A stretch of 64,000 nt of DNA from Candidatus Iainarchaeum sp. GTDB taxonomy: Archaea; Iainarchaeota; Iainarchaeia; Iainarchaeales; JAZDDZ01. A program made the position numbers and the translations under genes. Below the pieces are notes generated by a model, which worked only from the letters and a program-made list of their open reading frames with translations, had not been told where the DNA came from and made no database searches. This document shows positions 29,601-37,783 of the stretch, in pieces; the first letter of the stretch is position 1, and each line of letters opens with the position of its first letter. The stretch spans positions 1-64,000 of the forward strand of contig JAZDDZ010000047.1 in assembly GCA_043809245.1 (NCBI GenBank), in the 5' to 3' direction.

Positions 29601-30402
29601 AAACCCGTACACCGAAGACATCTGCTTAAACCCAGGCACGATTGAAAGCCAGTGCAGCCACAACGCAATCGCATGCATCAACAAATTAGACTGTGGAACA
29701 GACGGCCTTGTGGGAAGCACTTACTGCAACGGAAACAATGTGTACAGGAATTACCGCACATTTGCGTGCAGCAGCCCAGGCACAAGCAATGCAACCTGCT
29801 CTTACAGCGATTCACCGCAGTTAATCCAGCAATGCGCGAACGGCTGCTCCAACGGCGAATGCCTTGTGCCTTCACAGCAATTCACCTGGATTGTAACAGG
29901 CACTGGAACAGAAACATGGAATGAAACGGTTTCAGAAAGCATTGAGTTGACAGCCAACGGAACAAAGCAAATGGCAATGCAAGCAAACGCTACAGTAACA
30001 TACAGCTATTATAACATATTCAATTCATGGAAACAAATAAGCACATTCAACGCAAACCAAGGAGACACAATAGAAATAACCTATTCATTTGACGGAAGAT
30101 ACGGAACATACACTGTAAAGAAAAACAGCACAATAATAAAACAAACAAAATCATGGTCATACAGGGGAATAAAAGCAGAATACTCTGCAACCGCAACAAA
30201 AACAGCCACAAGAACCGCGACAGATTCAGGCACTGCAATGATTACTTCGGCTGACGGCGCAAAAGATTTGGGTGCATTCAACGCCACGCCACAAGCATTG
30301 AACAGTGGAACAATCAGCAACGTGAACTACTCTGTTTCCGACGACAATCCGAACGTAAACACCTGGCTGCAGTCAGGGCACGTTTTCGCGAAAATGGGCT
30401 GA
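26518..30402 (+). CDS. C-terminal part of the same giant protease (frameshift at G-run 26589-26593)
   Basis: Removing one G gives PAGEYDLNVIADY and fuses the ORFs into ~2,788 aa; CARDB-like, Cys-rich and duplicated domains. Confidence 0.8.
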   Translation: MAEKKLRQTVQGFIQPNLLRIFLQGEYDLNVIADYGARPINEIKPFTVIDSTKPTINSVSFTATLQSNQPNLIEAGTFDESSVASIALNLRKPSGATQNIPMQLLSGFDGNAYWSASLNDLQEKGNYSFTLTACDAFGNCETSASNAFTVIDVPAGCAGKNVLVASMDSNNVFSQILSANYCVVSWNLGKTGSPSLGYLQKFNAVVWSAENDLTPIDANETQVLEQFIALGGKLLLEGSEIAFRHFDDNLMRNVAHATLYLDLQLDENSVNKITVSRKHPVTKGLTQIDLNYIISAFPDAVMPYGGVGLADWNNGKSAMVLWQNAMGTAKTIYLPFTLKSVEGTARETLAGNAVAWLLESASLDLAVNDINLGSFVVEGTGKPVNFFLTNSSATQLGVYIDGALQKTISVSGSTASTTVSLSKGNHSIEAFINPSFSIKEKDYVNNSKTIAVNVAPLQADIIVEKVWAETVNDRNALLYALVSNRGGTTASVSVNFSVDGNANGTQGISLAPNSSQAVSKPHVIVKGKHLLNVNASTATDANTQNNSLNAQIYFCSQGNILLIADDDAQSASTAEPSSLASFRSALQAKGYCYSEWSEKEKGIPPLSLLNSASVVVWSSGDYWNKAVDEKDSALLSQFNGNILFEGSDISFDHNNDLFAQQKLHATLDKDLALDENNSMLEVDGNHTLMQGITAIDLNAALSPYPDSIAPLAGTDSPARWKNASTAIVSSFSGTQKTVFIAFSIDAIKDESTRQKLLKNAIDLLSQPASIACYSDSNCGTTSYSANYCSLEGNAVRDKNSFTCLNPGTPSSSCQKNAATELVQECPNGCSNGACNASAEQVNWIVTGTGTETWSETFSESIELTSGGTKQMAMQANATVTYSYYTTTNKWAKIGTFNANQGDTIEISYSFDGRYGTYTVKKNSTTIKQARSRYYRGIKAEYSATATQKVTRTATDSGSASITAAEGTKDLGTFNAVPQPQNSGTITGITYSIEDDNPEINTWISSGHVFAKLNAPTIQCNSNANCDDQNPYTEDICLNPGTIESQCSHNAIACINKLDCGTDGLVGSTYCNGNNVYRNYRTFACSSPGTSNATCSYSDSPQLIQQCANGCSNGECLVPSQQFTWIVTGTGTETWNETVSESIELTANGTKQMAMQANATVTYSYYNIFNSWKQISTFNANQGDTIEITYSFDGRYGTYTVKKNSTIIKQTKSWSYRGIKAEYSATATKTATRTATDSGTAMITSADGAKDLGAFNATPQALNSGTISNVNYSVSDDNPNVNTWLQSGHVFAKMG
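29041..30393 (+). repeat. Two 510-bp copies of the C-terminal domain (29041-29550 and 29884-30393)
   Basis: WIVTGTGTETW...SGHVFAK repeated with long identical DNA stretches. Confidence 0.9.
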
Positions 30403-30447
30403 TGAACCAAACAAATAAAAAGATTCAGGTATATACTTGTATATACC

Positions 30448-31287
30448 ATGCTTAAGTCTTTTCGCGTTGAGGAGGAGGTTGTCAAGCCTGTTGTCAAGTT
30501 CGGCAATGGCTCGGTTGTTTTCACGCCTAAAAGGTGGATTGGCAGGAAGGTTACGGTTATTTTGCCCGAGGAAGTGGTTGACGTGAAGGCTGATGTGTTG
30601 AAGGCCTTGGAGCCTTTTTCCGAGCGAGTTCAGGGAGTGTATTTGTTTGGCTCTTATGCAAGGGGAGAAGAAACAAGGGAGTCGGATGTTGATGTATTGG
30701 TTTTTTCCAGCGCAAAGCTTGGCTTGAAAAAGAGTGGAAAGCTTGATTTTTTTGTTTCCTCCAAGGAAAAATTCGGGCAGGAGCTGAAGAAGGATAATTC
30801 GCTGTTTTTAGAGCAGGTTGTAAGCGAGGCAAAGCCCTTGTTTAACGGTGCTCTTTTGGATGAATTAAGGAAAGTGCGCGTAAAGCCGGATTTAGGCGGA
30901 TTTCTTAATGAAACGCTTGGCGCGTTTAAAAGCGTTGAATCGCTGCTTTCAAATGAAAGAAAAGCTGGAAGGAAAGCGCTTTCAGGAAACGCCTCAATTT
31001 ATTCGCTTGTGTTGAGGCTGAGGAGCCTGAACCGCATTCAGCTTTTCCTTAAGGGAAAACAATTCACTTCAAAGGGATTTAATTCAATGCTTGAAAGCCA
31101 TGGCTTCAGCAGGCAGGAAATCGCAGGTTTCACGGAAACTTACCGTGCGGAAAGGGATGAAAGGAAAGCCAAGGAAAGCGTTTCACTGGAAGAAGCGGAA
31201 AGGCTCTTTGAGGCAGCGAAAATAGAGTTCCTGAAAACAGAGAAAGCGGTGAAAGCGCGTGGGCGGAAGAAAAAAGAAATGCATTAA
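30448..31287 (+). CDS. DUF2080-like N-terminus fused to a nucleotidyltransferase and a helical C-terminal domain
   Basis: VVKFGNGSVVFTPKRWIGRKV; YLFGSYARGE..SDVDV. Confidence 0.75.
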   Translation: MLKSFRVEEEVVKPVVKFGNGSVVFTPKRWIGRKVTVILPEEVVDVKADVLKALEPFSERVQGVYLFGSYARGEETRESDVDVLVFSSAKLGLKKSGKLDFFVSSKEKFGQELKKDNSLFLEQVVSEAKPLFNGALLDELRKVRVKPDLGGFLNETLGAFKSVESLLSNERKAGRKALSGNASIYSLVLRLRSLNRIQLFLKGKQFTSKGFNSMLESHGFSRQEIAGFTETYRAERDERKAKESVSLEEAERLFEAAKIEFLKTEKAVKARGRKKKEMH

Positions 31288-31381
31288 GGCAATAGAATCC
31301 CTTGACAAAAGAATTGCAGAGCACAGAGAAAAGCAGAAACATGCCAGCCAATACAAACATTTAAATAGTTTTTTTCTTTAA
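31259..31381 (+). CDS. Small coiled-coil ORF, possibly truncated
   Basis: GTG start overlapping the upstream gene: MGGRKKKCIKAIESLDKRIAEHREKQKHASQYKHLNSFFL*. Confidence 0.35.
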   Translation: MGGRKKKCIKAIESLDKRIAEHREKQKHASQYKHLNSFFL

Positions 31382-31383
31382 TA

Positions 31384-31402
31384 TTAGTAATATAATTACT
31401 AA
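31384..31402. promoter_or_regulatory. Palindrome upstream of the AbiEi-like gene
   Basis: TTAGTAAT-ATA-ATTACTAA. Confidence 0.5.
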
Positions 31403-31414
31403 AAACGTGGAAAA

Positions 31415-32125
31415 ATGCAATTAGGTAAATTGGAGTCGGATGTGCTTGAGGCGTTGAAAGGCAATGGTTTGGCGGTGTTCAGGGCAAGGGATGTTTCCCT
31501 TCTTTTGCGTTTCAGCATGGTTAAAACTTATAACCTGCTTAAATCGCTGAAAAAAAAGGGCTTGATTAAATCGCTGCAGGGCGGCGTTTATGCAGTTAAG
31601 GGAACAGACGAGCTTGCAGCCGGCGCCTACCTCAACTGGCCTTCTTATCTTAGTTTCTGGTCTGCTTTGAGTTATTATGGGTTAACCGACCAAATGCCTA
31701 AAACGGTTTTTTTTGCAAGCGCCAAGTACAAGAAAAGGATTGGAAACTGCAGGTTTGTTGTGCTTTCGAATAAAAGGTTTTTTGGCTATACAAGCGTGGG
31801 CGGCATAACCATCGCTGAAAAAGAGAAGGCAATCATTGATTCTTTGCTTTTCCCCAAATATGCCGGAGGAATGCACGAAGTGTTTAACGCAGCCAAATCA
31901 TCCATTAAAGTGCTTGATTTGAAAAAGCTTTCAAGTTATGCCTTGCGGGTTAAGAGCAGGGCCGCGGTTAGGCGACTTGGATTTATTTTAGAGGAATGCG
32001 GAATCAGGGGAAAATATTTGGATAATTTGTTAAAGCGCAAGGGAAAAGGATTTGAATTGCTTGACCCCTCGCTTGAAAGAAAAAACAATTTCAACAAAAA
32101 ATGGCTTTTGGATGTAAACTGGTGA
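31415..32125 (+). CDS. Type IV TA antitoxin, AbiEi-like
   Basis: wHTH, SYLSFWSALSYYGLTDQMP, EKEKAIID. Confidence 0.85.
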   Translation: MQLGKLESDVLEALKGNGLAVFRARDVSLLLRFSMVKTYNLLKSLKKKGLIKSLQGGVYAVKGTDELAAGAYLNWPSYLSFWSALSYYGLTDQMPKTVFFASAKYKKRIGNCRFVVLSNKRFFGYTSVGGITIAEKEKAIIDSLLFPKYAGGMHEVFNAAKSSIKVLDLKKLSSYALRVKSRAAVRRLGFILEECGIRGKYLDNLLKRKGKGFELLDPSLERKNNFNKKWLLDVNW

Positions 32126-32883
32126 ATGAAATGATTTCAAGGGAAGAACTGGAAAAGGTTAGTGCGGCAAGGAAGACAAGCCTTTACTTCGAGGAAAAAG
32201 AATACCTGCAATACGTTTTCCTTCACTCGGTTTCAAGGTTTGCCGAATCATTTGCATTCAAGGGCGGCACTTGCTTAAGAATATGCCATGGCTTTGAAAG
32301 GGCTTCAGAGGACCTTGATTTCAGCTCTTCACTAAGCATTCAAAAAACGAGGAAAATCTTCGAGAGATGCCTTAAGGACTTCGCACTGCTCAACATAGAG
32401 CAGGAGGTTTTTTCAGAAAAAGAGTTTGAAGGAAACATAAGGTTTGAAGCGCGCTTCAAAGGCCCCCTGTTCAGCGGAAACCGCCACTCAACGAATTCGC
32501 TTAAAATTGATTTCAACAAAGGCAAATCAAGGAATACTGTTGCGAAAGCAATTCCCAAGCTGTTCTCTGACATCCCTGTTTTCACAATCCAGGCATTAGC
32601 CGAAAAAGAAATCCTCGCGGAAAAAATTCGCACCTTAATCAACAGGGGGCAGGCACGCGACCTATACGACGTCTGGATGCTGCTGCAAAACAAAACACCC
32701 ATTGACACAAAGCTCCTTGAAGCAAAACTAAAAGAAGAAAACAGCAGCATATCCAAGCTAAAAATGCCCGAAAAACAGGCATACGAAAGAGACCTAAAGC
32801 CCCTTCTGAATTTTCTGCCCCCCTACAAGCAAGTCAAAGAAGAAGCGGAAAAAGAACTCAAAAAAATCAGGCCACTGCATTAA
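32101..32883 (+). CDS. Type IV TA toxin, AbiEii nucleotidyltransferase
   Basis: FKGGTCL, RASEDLDF, AEKIR, ARDLYD. Confidence 0.9.
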   Translation: MAFGCKLVNEMISREELEKVSAARKTSLYFEEKEYLQYVFLHSVSRFAESFAFKGGTCLRICHGFERASEDLDFSSSLSIQKTRKIFERCLKDFALLNIEQEVFSEKEFEGNIRFEARFKGPLFSGNRHSTNSLKIDFNKGKSRNTVAKAIPKLFSDIPVFTIQALAEKEILAEKIRTLINRGQARDLYDVWMLLQNKTPIDTKLLEAKLKEENSSISKLKMPEKQAYERDLKPLLNFLPPYKQVKEEAEKELKKIRPLH

Positions 32884-32892
32884 ACCGAAAAG

Positions 32893-32937
32893 AACGGAGC
32901 GCGGAATTGCCCCGCGCAGGAAGGGGTTATGTAGAAG
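32893..32937 (+). repeat. Bipartite site copy 1 (type L)
   Basis: AACGGAGCG-N23-GGTTATGTAGAAG. Confidence 0.75.
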
Positions 32938-32952
32938 ACAGTTGCATTTCTT

Positions 32953-33384
32953 TTAACCCTTTTTTACGATTTTTTTCACCGCTTCAAGGAATCCAGTGGC
33001 AATTTTTATAGCTGAATCCGCTTCGGATTCCTGCGCTTCCGCGTTTTTACCCAAGCCGTACATGAAGTCGTGCCTTTGAAGCCTTAACGAGTTAAGTTCG
33101 TTGAGATACTTTCGCTCTATTTTATCCGAATATTTTTCTTTCAGGTAAACGTAGACCGCAAAATGGCTTCTTTCCTTGAACCCGTCCCTAAATAAAAGCG
33201 CCCTAGCCGAATGGAACATGGAAGTGTAGGCGTTTACAATCGCGTCCTCGAATATTTCGTGCTCCAATTCTTTTTCAGCCAAATCAAGCTTGTGCTCTGC
33301 CATTTCAATGGATGACAAGGATTTTTCCTTGTCGGGCTTTTCCCTTACAAGCAAGCCTTCCCTGACGCATTCCTCTACATTCAT
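32953..33384 (-). CDS. HEPN domain protein
   Basis: YTSMFHSARALL..ERSH; RHDFMY. Confidence 0.85.
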   Translation of the reverse strand: MNVEECVREGLLVREKPDKEKSLSSIEMAEHKLDLAEKELEHEIFEDAIVNAYTSMFHSARALLFRDGFKERSHFAVYVYLKEKYSDKIERKYLNELNSLRLQRHDFMYGLGKNAEAQESEADSAIKIATGFLEAVKKIVKKG

Positions 33385-33929
33385 AGTATCACGGGCCTTT
33401 CGCCGAGCAAAACAATTGAATCGTAAATAACCTTTTCATAAAACACCCTGTCTTCGGACGCCTTTTTCTTCCAATCGCCTAAAGACAGCACTGAAACATT
33501 CGCTTCCCTTCCGAGCCTGGAGAGGAAGCCGAAATCAATCTTTGCAGGCTTGTGCGCTATAACCAGCAAGTCAACATCGCTTTTCCCGTCATTCGTTCCC
33601 TTTGCAAGGCTGCCGTACAAAATTATTGCATGAATGTCCTTCAGCCTTTTTTTAATTTCCCCCACAACCCTTGCCTCTGCAAGCAGGTCAAGGTTGAATA
33701 AAACTTTCCACTGCCTGCACAAAGCGCTTTCAAGGTTCGCCTTAACCTGGTGGGTTCTGCCAATCTCCTCAAACGAAACAATTCCCTTCCGCTTCATGAA
33801 TTCCAGTGCATCCCCTGCAGAGCCTGCACTCAAACCCGACTCCAATGCAAGCCCCCTGACGGAAAACGCCTTGTTCGGCCTGGAAAGCACGAATTCAATC
33901 GCTTTAACCAAAGCATACTGTTCAAGCAT
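33381..33929 (-). CDS. HTH-fused minimal nucleotidyltransferase (MNT)
   Basis: ILYGSLAKG..SDVDLL; likely start MLEQY at 33929. Confidence 0.85.
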   Translation of the reverse strand: MLEQYALVKAIEFVLSRPNKAFSVRGLALESGLSAGSAGDALEFMKRKGIVSFEEIGRTHQVKANLESALCRQWKVLFNLDLLAEARVVGEIKKRLKDIHAIILYGSLAKGTNDGKSDVDLLVIAHKPAKIDFGFLSRLGREANVSVLSLGDWKKKASEDRVFYEKVIYDSIVLLGERPVIL

Positions 33930-34002
33930 AACAAATAATAAAAAAGACAAATGTATTTTTAAATAGAACATACTCGGGTATAAATCAATATAAAATACAT
34001 AT

Positions 34003-34018
34003 GTTCATTTAAATGAAC
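34003..34018. promoter_or_regulatory. Palindrome, probable MNT-HEPN operator
   Basis: GTTCATTT|AAATGAAC, matching the core of the 1381-1404 palindrome. Confidence 0.6.
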
Positions 34019-34040
34019 GTAAACCAGTAAGCCAATTCTT

Positions 34041-34085
34041 TTTCTACATAACCGCTTCCCCTTTTTCCCTTTCCCGCGCTCCGTT
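34041..34085 (-). repeat. Bipartite site copy 2 (type R)
   Basis: TTTCTACATAACC...CGCTCCGTT; 42/45 identical to 35552-35596. Confidence 0.8.
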
Positions 34086-34153
34086 GAGGCGTTTGCCGCA
34101 AGTAGGTTTAAATATGTATATGCCTATGTATATATCTATTCATATAGATATCT

Positions 34154-34774
34154 TTGAGGTGTACTGTTATGGTTAACCTTTCCTCTCCGAAAACTTTTTC
34201 CTTTGTTGAATTCATCTTGGAAAAGAAATCGTTCACGCAGTACTCCGCTGTGAAAGAATTGAAGCTTTCCATGCCTTTGGTGAACCAGGTCACGAATTTT
34301 CTTTTGGACAAGGGTTTTTTGTCGCATGACGGCAAAAAATATGTTTTGCGTGACGCTGCTGGGCTTGTTTCCGCGGTGCATTTGTTTCGGGACATGAGGA
34401 AAGCACTGCTTGTTGAGGTTTCCACGAGCCTTGGAAAAGAGGAGGTTGTAAAGCTATTGCCCTCTGCTGCAATTTTTTGCCTTGACAGCGCTTTGGCGCA
34501 TTACTCTAACTGGTGGCGCTCAAACAAGGCATGCGCTTACGTTACCGAAAAAGAGGCATTAGGCATTCAAAAAAAACTGTTTTACAAGAAAGGGGGCAAA
34601 ACAATTGTGCGATTGTTTTTAGAGCAGCCTTTGGTTAAAGACAAGGTGAAATTTCAAGGCAGGCAATTCACTTCAAAAATCAGGACAGTCATTGACATGG
34701 TGTGCGACAACCAAATGAATGCAGTTGAGCCTCTTTTTTCAGAGCTTTGGGGTGAAAGAATTGGAAGGCATTGA
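34154..34774 (+). CDS. wHTH protein, AbiEi-like antitoxin
   Basis: N-terminal HTH; FCLDSAL, SKIRTVID; paralog of 45390-45992. Confidence 0.65.
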   Translation: MRCTVMVNLSSPKTFSFVEFILEKKSFTQYSAVKELKLSMPLVNQVTNFLLDKGFLSHDGKKYVLRDAAGLVSAVHLFRDMRKALLVEVSTSLGKEEVVKLLPSAAIFCLDSALAHYSNWWRSNKACAYVTEKEALGIQKKLFYKKGGKTIVRLFLEQPLVKDKVKFQGRQFTSKIRTVIDMVCDNQMNAVEPLFSELWGERIGRH

Positions 34775-35447
34775 ATCAATTTACAATAAGGATGCAACTG
34801 AACTCTCCTTGTCCGAGTTAAAGCGTTTTCTTTCGTGGTGTGAATACACGCTGCATTATGCGCCAGTAATAATCGGCGGCTGGGCTGTTTACGCTTTCAC
34901 TCCAAAAATCGGCTCAATCGACATTGACATTGTATTGAAAAAGAAGGACTTCAAAAAACTTGCGGTTTTTTTCTCTGAAAACGGTTATGCGAAAAAAGAG
35001 GATGAACCGAACATTTACTTCAAGGAAGCCATGCTGCCTTCAGGCAAAACCGAAACAATGCGTTTCGACTTGATTGCATTGGAATCAAAGTATGCAATCA
35101 GCAGGGAGCCGAACGTAAGCATTCCCATAAGGCTTGTGGAAAAACATTCAAAAGAAATTTCCTTCGAAAGACAGAAAATAATTGTGCCGGAAAAAGAATT
35201 GCTGTTAATCCAGAAAGTTGCCGCATATAGGAATCGCGAGGACCTGGCCAGAACAGGGCATTTAAGGCTGGCTTTCGGCCAAAGGGAATGGAATGAAAGA
35301 AAAATAGCCAAAGACAAGGAAGACATTAAAAACCTCATAGAATCAGGCATTGACTTTGAAAAACTGGAAAAACTGCTTGAAAAAACCGGGTTCAAAAAAA
35401 TATACGAAGATGCATTAAAAGAAATCGACGCATTCAGGCAAAAATAA
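34719..35447 (+). CDS. Nucleotidyltransferase (AbiEii-like); start probably TTG 34761
   Basis: IIGGWAV, SIDIDIV, LIQKVAA, KDKEDI. Confidence 0.7.
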   Translation: MQLSLFFQSFGVKELEGIESIYNKDATELSLSELKRFLSWCEYTLHYAPVIIGGWAVYAFTPKIGSIDIDIVLKKKDFKKLAVFFSENGYAKKEDEPNIYFKEAMLPSGKTETMRFDLIALESKYAISREPNVSIPIRLVEKHSKEISFERQKIIVPEKELLLIQKVAAYRNREDLARTGHLRLAFGQREWNERKIAKDKEDIKNLIESGIDFEKLEKLLEKTGFKKIYEDALKEIDAFRQK

Positions 35448-35476
35448 AAAGGGAAGGATTACACCCCTGCATAAAT

Positions 35477-35520
35477 AACGGGGCGTCGAACCGCCCGCAG
35501 CGGAATTGGTTATGTAGAAG
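35477..35520 (+). repeat. Bipartite site copy 3 (type L)
   Basis: AACGGGGCG-N22-GGTTATGTAGAAG. Confidence 0.75.
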
Positions 35521-35551
35521 GCTGCACTGAAAACCGCTTCCAATTTCCTTC

Positions 35552-35596
35552 TTTCTACATAACCGCCTCCTCTTTTTCCCTTTCCCTCGCTCCGTT
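35552..35596 (-). repeat. Bipartite site copy 4 (type R)
   Basis: TTTCTACATAACC...CGCTCCGTT. Confidence 0.8.
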
Positions 35597-35609
35597 AGTT
35601 TCCCGGTTC

Positions 35610-36815
35610 TCAAATTTCTTGGCTTATGTAAAAGATTGGCCTGAATTTTATGTTGTTTTTTTCGGCATTCAATTTTTCCGACAGAATGAGTGCTTTTTTT
35701 GGCTTGTATTTTTCCGTGAAGCTTTGGAATGATTTTGATGCGATTGGCTTGTTTAGGCTGGATTTGATTTCAATTGGGATTATTTTTCCGTTTTTTTCCA
35801 GGACAAAGTCCACTTCGGCTTTTGATTTGGCACGCCAGTATTTCAGCTCGAATTGCTTTTTCACCAATTCTGTTGCCGCAAAGTTTTCGTATAATGCCCC
35901 TTTGTCGGCCCTGTCCTTGGCTGGCTGAAAGTTTTTAATGACCGCGTTCCTGAAGCCGTTGTCGTAAAAAAAGATTTTCGGTGCCTTTACCAGCTCTGTC
36001 CTTTTGTTTGAATAGAACGGCTGGCTTCTCTGGCAGATAAATGTTTTTTCAAGTATGTTCAGGTTTTTCAGCAAATCCTTGTAGTTCAAGGAAGTAATGC
36101 CTGACAACTCGTTATAGTTCAGAATGCCGCCTGTCTGCAGTGCGAGCGCGTGAATCAGTTTGCTGAGCTTGAAGTCCTCTGGAATGTTTAGGATTTCCTT
36201 TATTTCCTTGAGAAAATATGTGTTGTAAATGTTGCGCAAAACAAGCTCTTTTTCCTCCGAATTTTTGCTTAAAACCACCCTTGGATAGCCGCCGTACACG
36301 CAGAATTCATTAAAAAGCGGGATGATTTTCCCAATGACCGGTTCGCTCAGCCTCCCCTTAACGTAAATTTTCCCGAATAATTCGGGTTCCCTGAAGTTCA
36401 AAAATTCCTCGAAAGAGAATGGATATAGGTTAAATACAAGGATTCTGCCTACAAGATACTTTATGCCGTGAATGGACAACCCGCTTGCCGAAGAGCCCGA
36501 AACAAGGATTTTGGTTTCATGGTTATCGTAAATGAATTTCAGGTTTTTCCCGCCTTCCTTGGAGTACTGAAACTCGTCAATGAACAAATACTTGTAGGGC
36601 TTGACGTGCAGTTCAACAAACGACTTAATATCCCCGTTGAATAACTCTAAAGTCTCCCTGTCCTCGAAATCCAGGAAATGCGCTTCCTTTAATCCCGCAA
36701 AAATATGCTTTAACAGCGTGGTTTTGCCGCTCTGCCTCGGGCCAGTAACCGCAATTATCTCCCGCTTGCCCAGATAACGAAAAATCTCCCCCTCCAAAAA
36801 TCTATCTATATACAT
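35610..36815 (-). CDS. AAA+ ATPase (AAA_14) with DUF4143/PD-(D/E)xK C-terminus
   Basis: GPRQSGKTT, IDEFQ, GGYP, EVDFV..PIEIKS. Confidence 0.9.
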   Translation of the reverse strand: MYIDRFLEGEIFRYLGKREIIAVTGPRQSGKTTLLKHIFAGLKEAHFLDFEDRETLELFNGDIKSFVELHVKPYKYLFIDEFQYSKEGGKNLKFIYDNHETKILVSGSSASGLSIHGIKYLVGRILVFNLYPFSFEEFLNFREPELFGKIYVKGRLSEPVIGKIIPLFNEFCVYGGYPRVVLSKNSEEKELVLRNIYNTYFLKEIKEILNIPEDFKLSKLIHALALQTGGILNYNELSGITSLNYKDLLKNLNILEKTFICQRSQPFYSNKRTELVKAPKIFFYDNGFRNAVIKNFQPAKDRADKGALYENFAATELVKKQFELKYWRAKSKAEVDFVLEKNGKIIPIEIKSSLNKPIASKSFQSFTEKYKPKKALILSEKLNAEKNNIKFRPIFYISQEI

Positions 36816-37022
36816 TTTATCCCTGCTAAAATTTACACAATATAAATAATAGCAGGCATATATTTAAAGCTTTCTGCGCTTGTTTTCCTTGCTTTTTTTG
36901 CCTTTCAGCCGCTTTCTCCCCCCTTGCCTCTTGTTTTTCCGCGATTTTTTTCCAAGAAAGGTTTTTATATTAGGTCATCCTTTATCTATTACTTTAATTG
37001 ATTTGTTTTAAGGTGTTGTTTT

Positions 37023-37778
37023 TTGGTTGAAAAGGTTAAGACTGGCATTCAGGGCTTGGATAAGGCTTTGGAGGGCGGAATCCCCAAGCGAAACATTGTC
37101 TTGGTTTCCGGCGGAGCCGGAACAGGTAAAAGCACTTTATCCATGCAATACCTGGTTAATGGCGCGAAACTGTTCGGGGATCGAGGCCTTTACATCTCCA
37201 CTGAGCAGCGCCGAGAAGAATTGATTAAAGCGGGCATGAATTTTGGCTGGAACATTGAGGAATTAGAGCAAAAAAACCTGCTTAAGATAAAGTTTTTTGA
37301 CGTGGTCGGCGGCGACAACTGGCTGCAGAAGATTTACGACCTCTATACTGCATTCCAACCCAAACGCATTGTAGTTGACTCTTTAACGACTTTCACTGAC
37401 GCCATGCTTGTCGCTGGAATGGGCGAAGACACTGCGTTCTCCATGGTGCAAGTAGCTGAAACCGTTTCACCTGTGCCACGCACCGAGAAGATTATAGCGA
37501 AAACAACGCTGTACCATTTGATGAATAAGCTGAGATTGTTTGATTCAACTGTTATACTTACATCGGAGCTGGACGAGGGAACACAAAGTCTAAGTGCAGA
37601 TGGCGTAAGCGAGTTTATTGCGGATGGAGTAATAATATTACATTATTTGGGCGTAGGCGCGGTCGACTTTAGAAGCCTGCTCGTAAGAAAGATGAGATAT
37701 ACCAACCACAACAAGCAAACTTTGCTATACGATATTTCGCAGAAAGGAATAGAAATTAAAGAAGAACAAAATGTATAA
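37023..37778 (+). CDS. KaiC/RAD55-like single-domain RecA-fold ATPase
   Basis: TGIQGLD..GGIP, GGAGTGKS, RIVVDSL, ADGVI, KMRYT. Confidence 0.9.
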   Translation: MVEKVKTGIQGLDKALEGGIPKRNIVLVSGGAGTGKSTLSMQYLVNGAKLFGDRGLYISTEQRREELIKAGMNFGWNIEELEQKNLLKIKFFDVVGGDNWLQKIYDLYTAFQPKRIVVDSLTTFTDAMLVAGMGEDTAFSMVQVAETVSPVPRTEKIIAKTTLYHLMNKLRLFDSTVILTSELDEGTQSLSADGVSEFIADGVIILHYLGVGAVDFRSLLVRKMRYTNHNKQTLLYDISQKGIEIKEEQNV

Positions 37779-37783
37779 CATTT

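Noticed and set aside
29041-30393. Diversity-generating retroelement TR/VR pair
   Set aside because: Both copies are in frame within one gene, differences are not confined to adenines, and no reverse transcriptase is present
32893-35596. Canonical integron attC array
   Set aside because: Sites alternate in orientation, individual sites lack a long attC hairpin, and no integrase is present; kept only as an analogy
37023-37778. Circadian clock
   Set aside because: Single-domain KaiC-like protein with no kaiA or kaiB nearby
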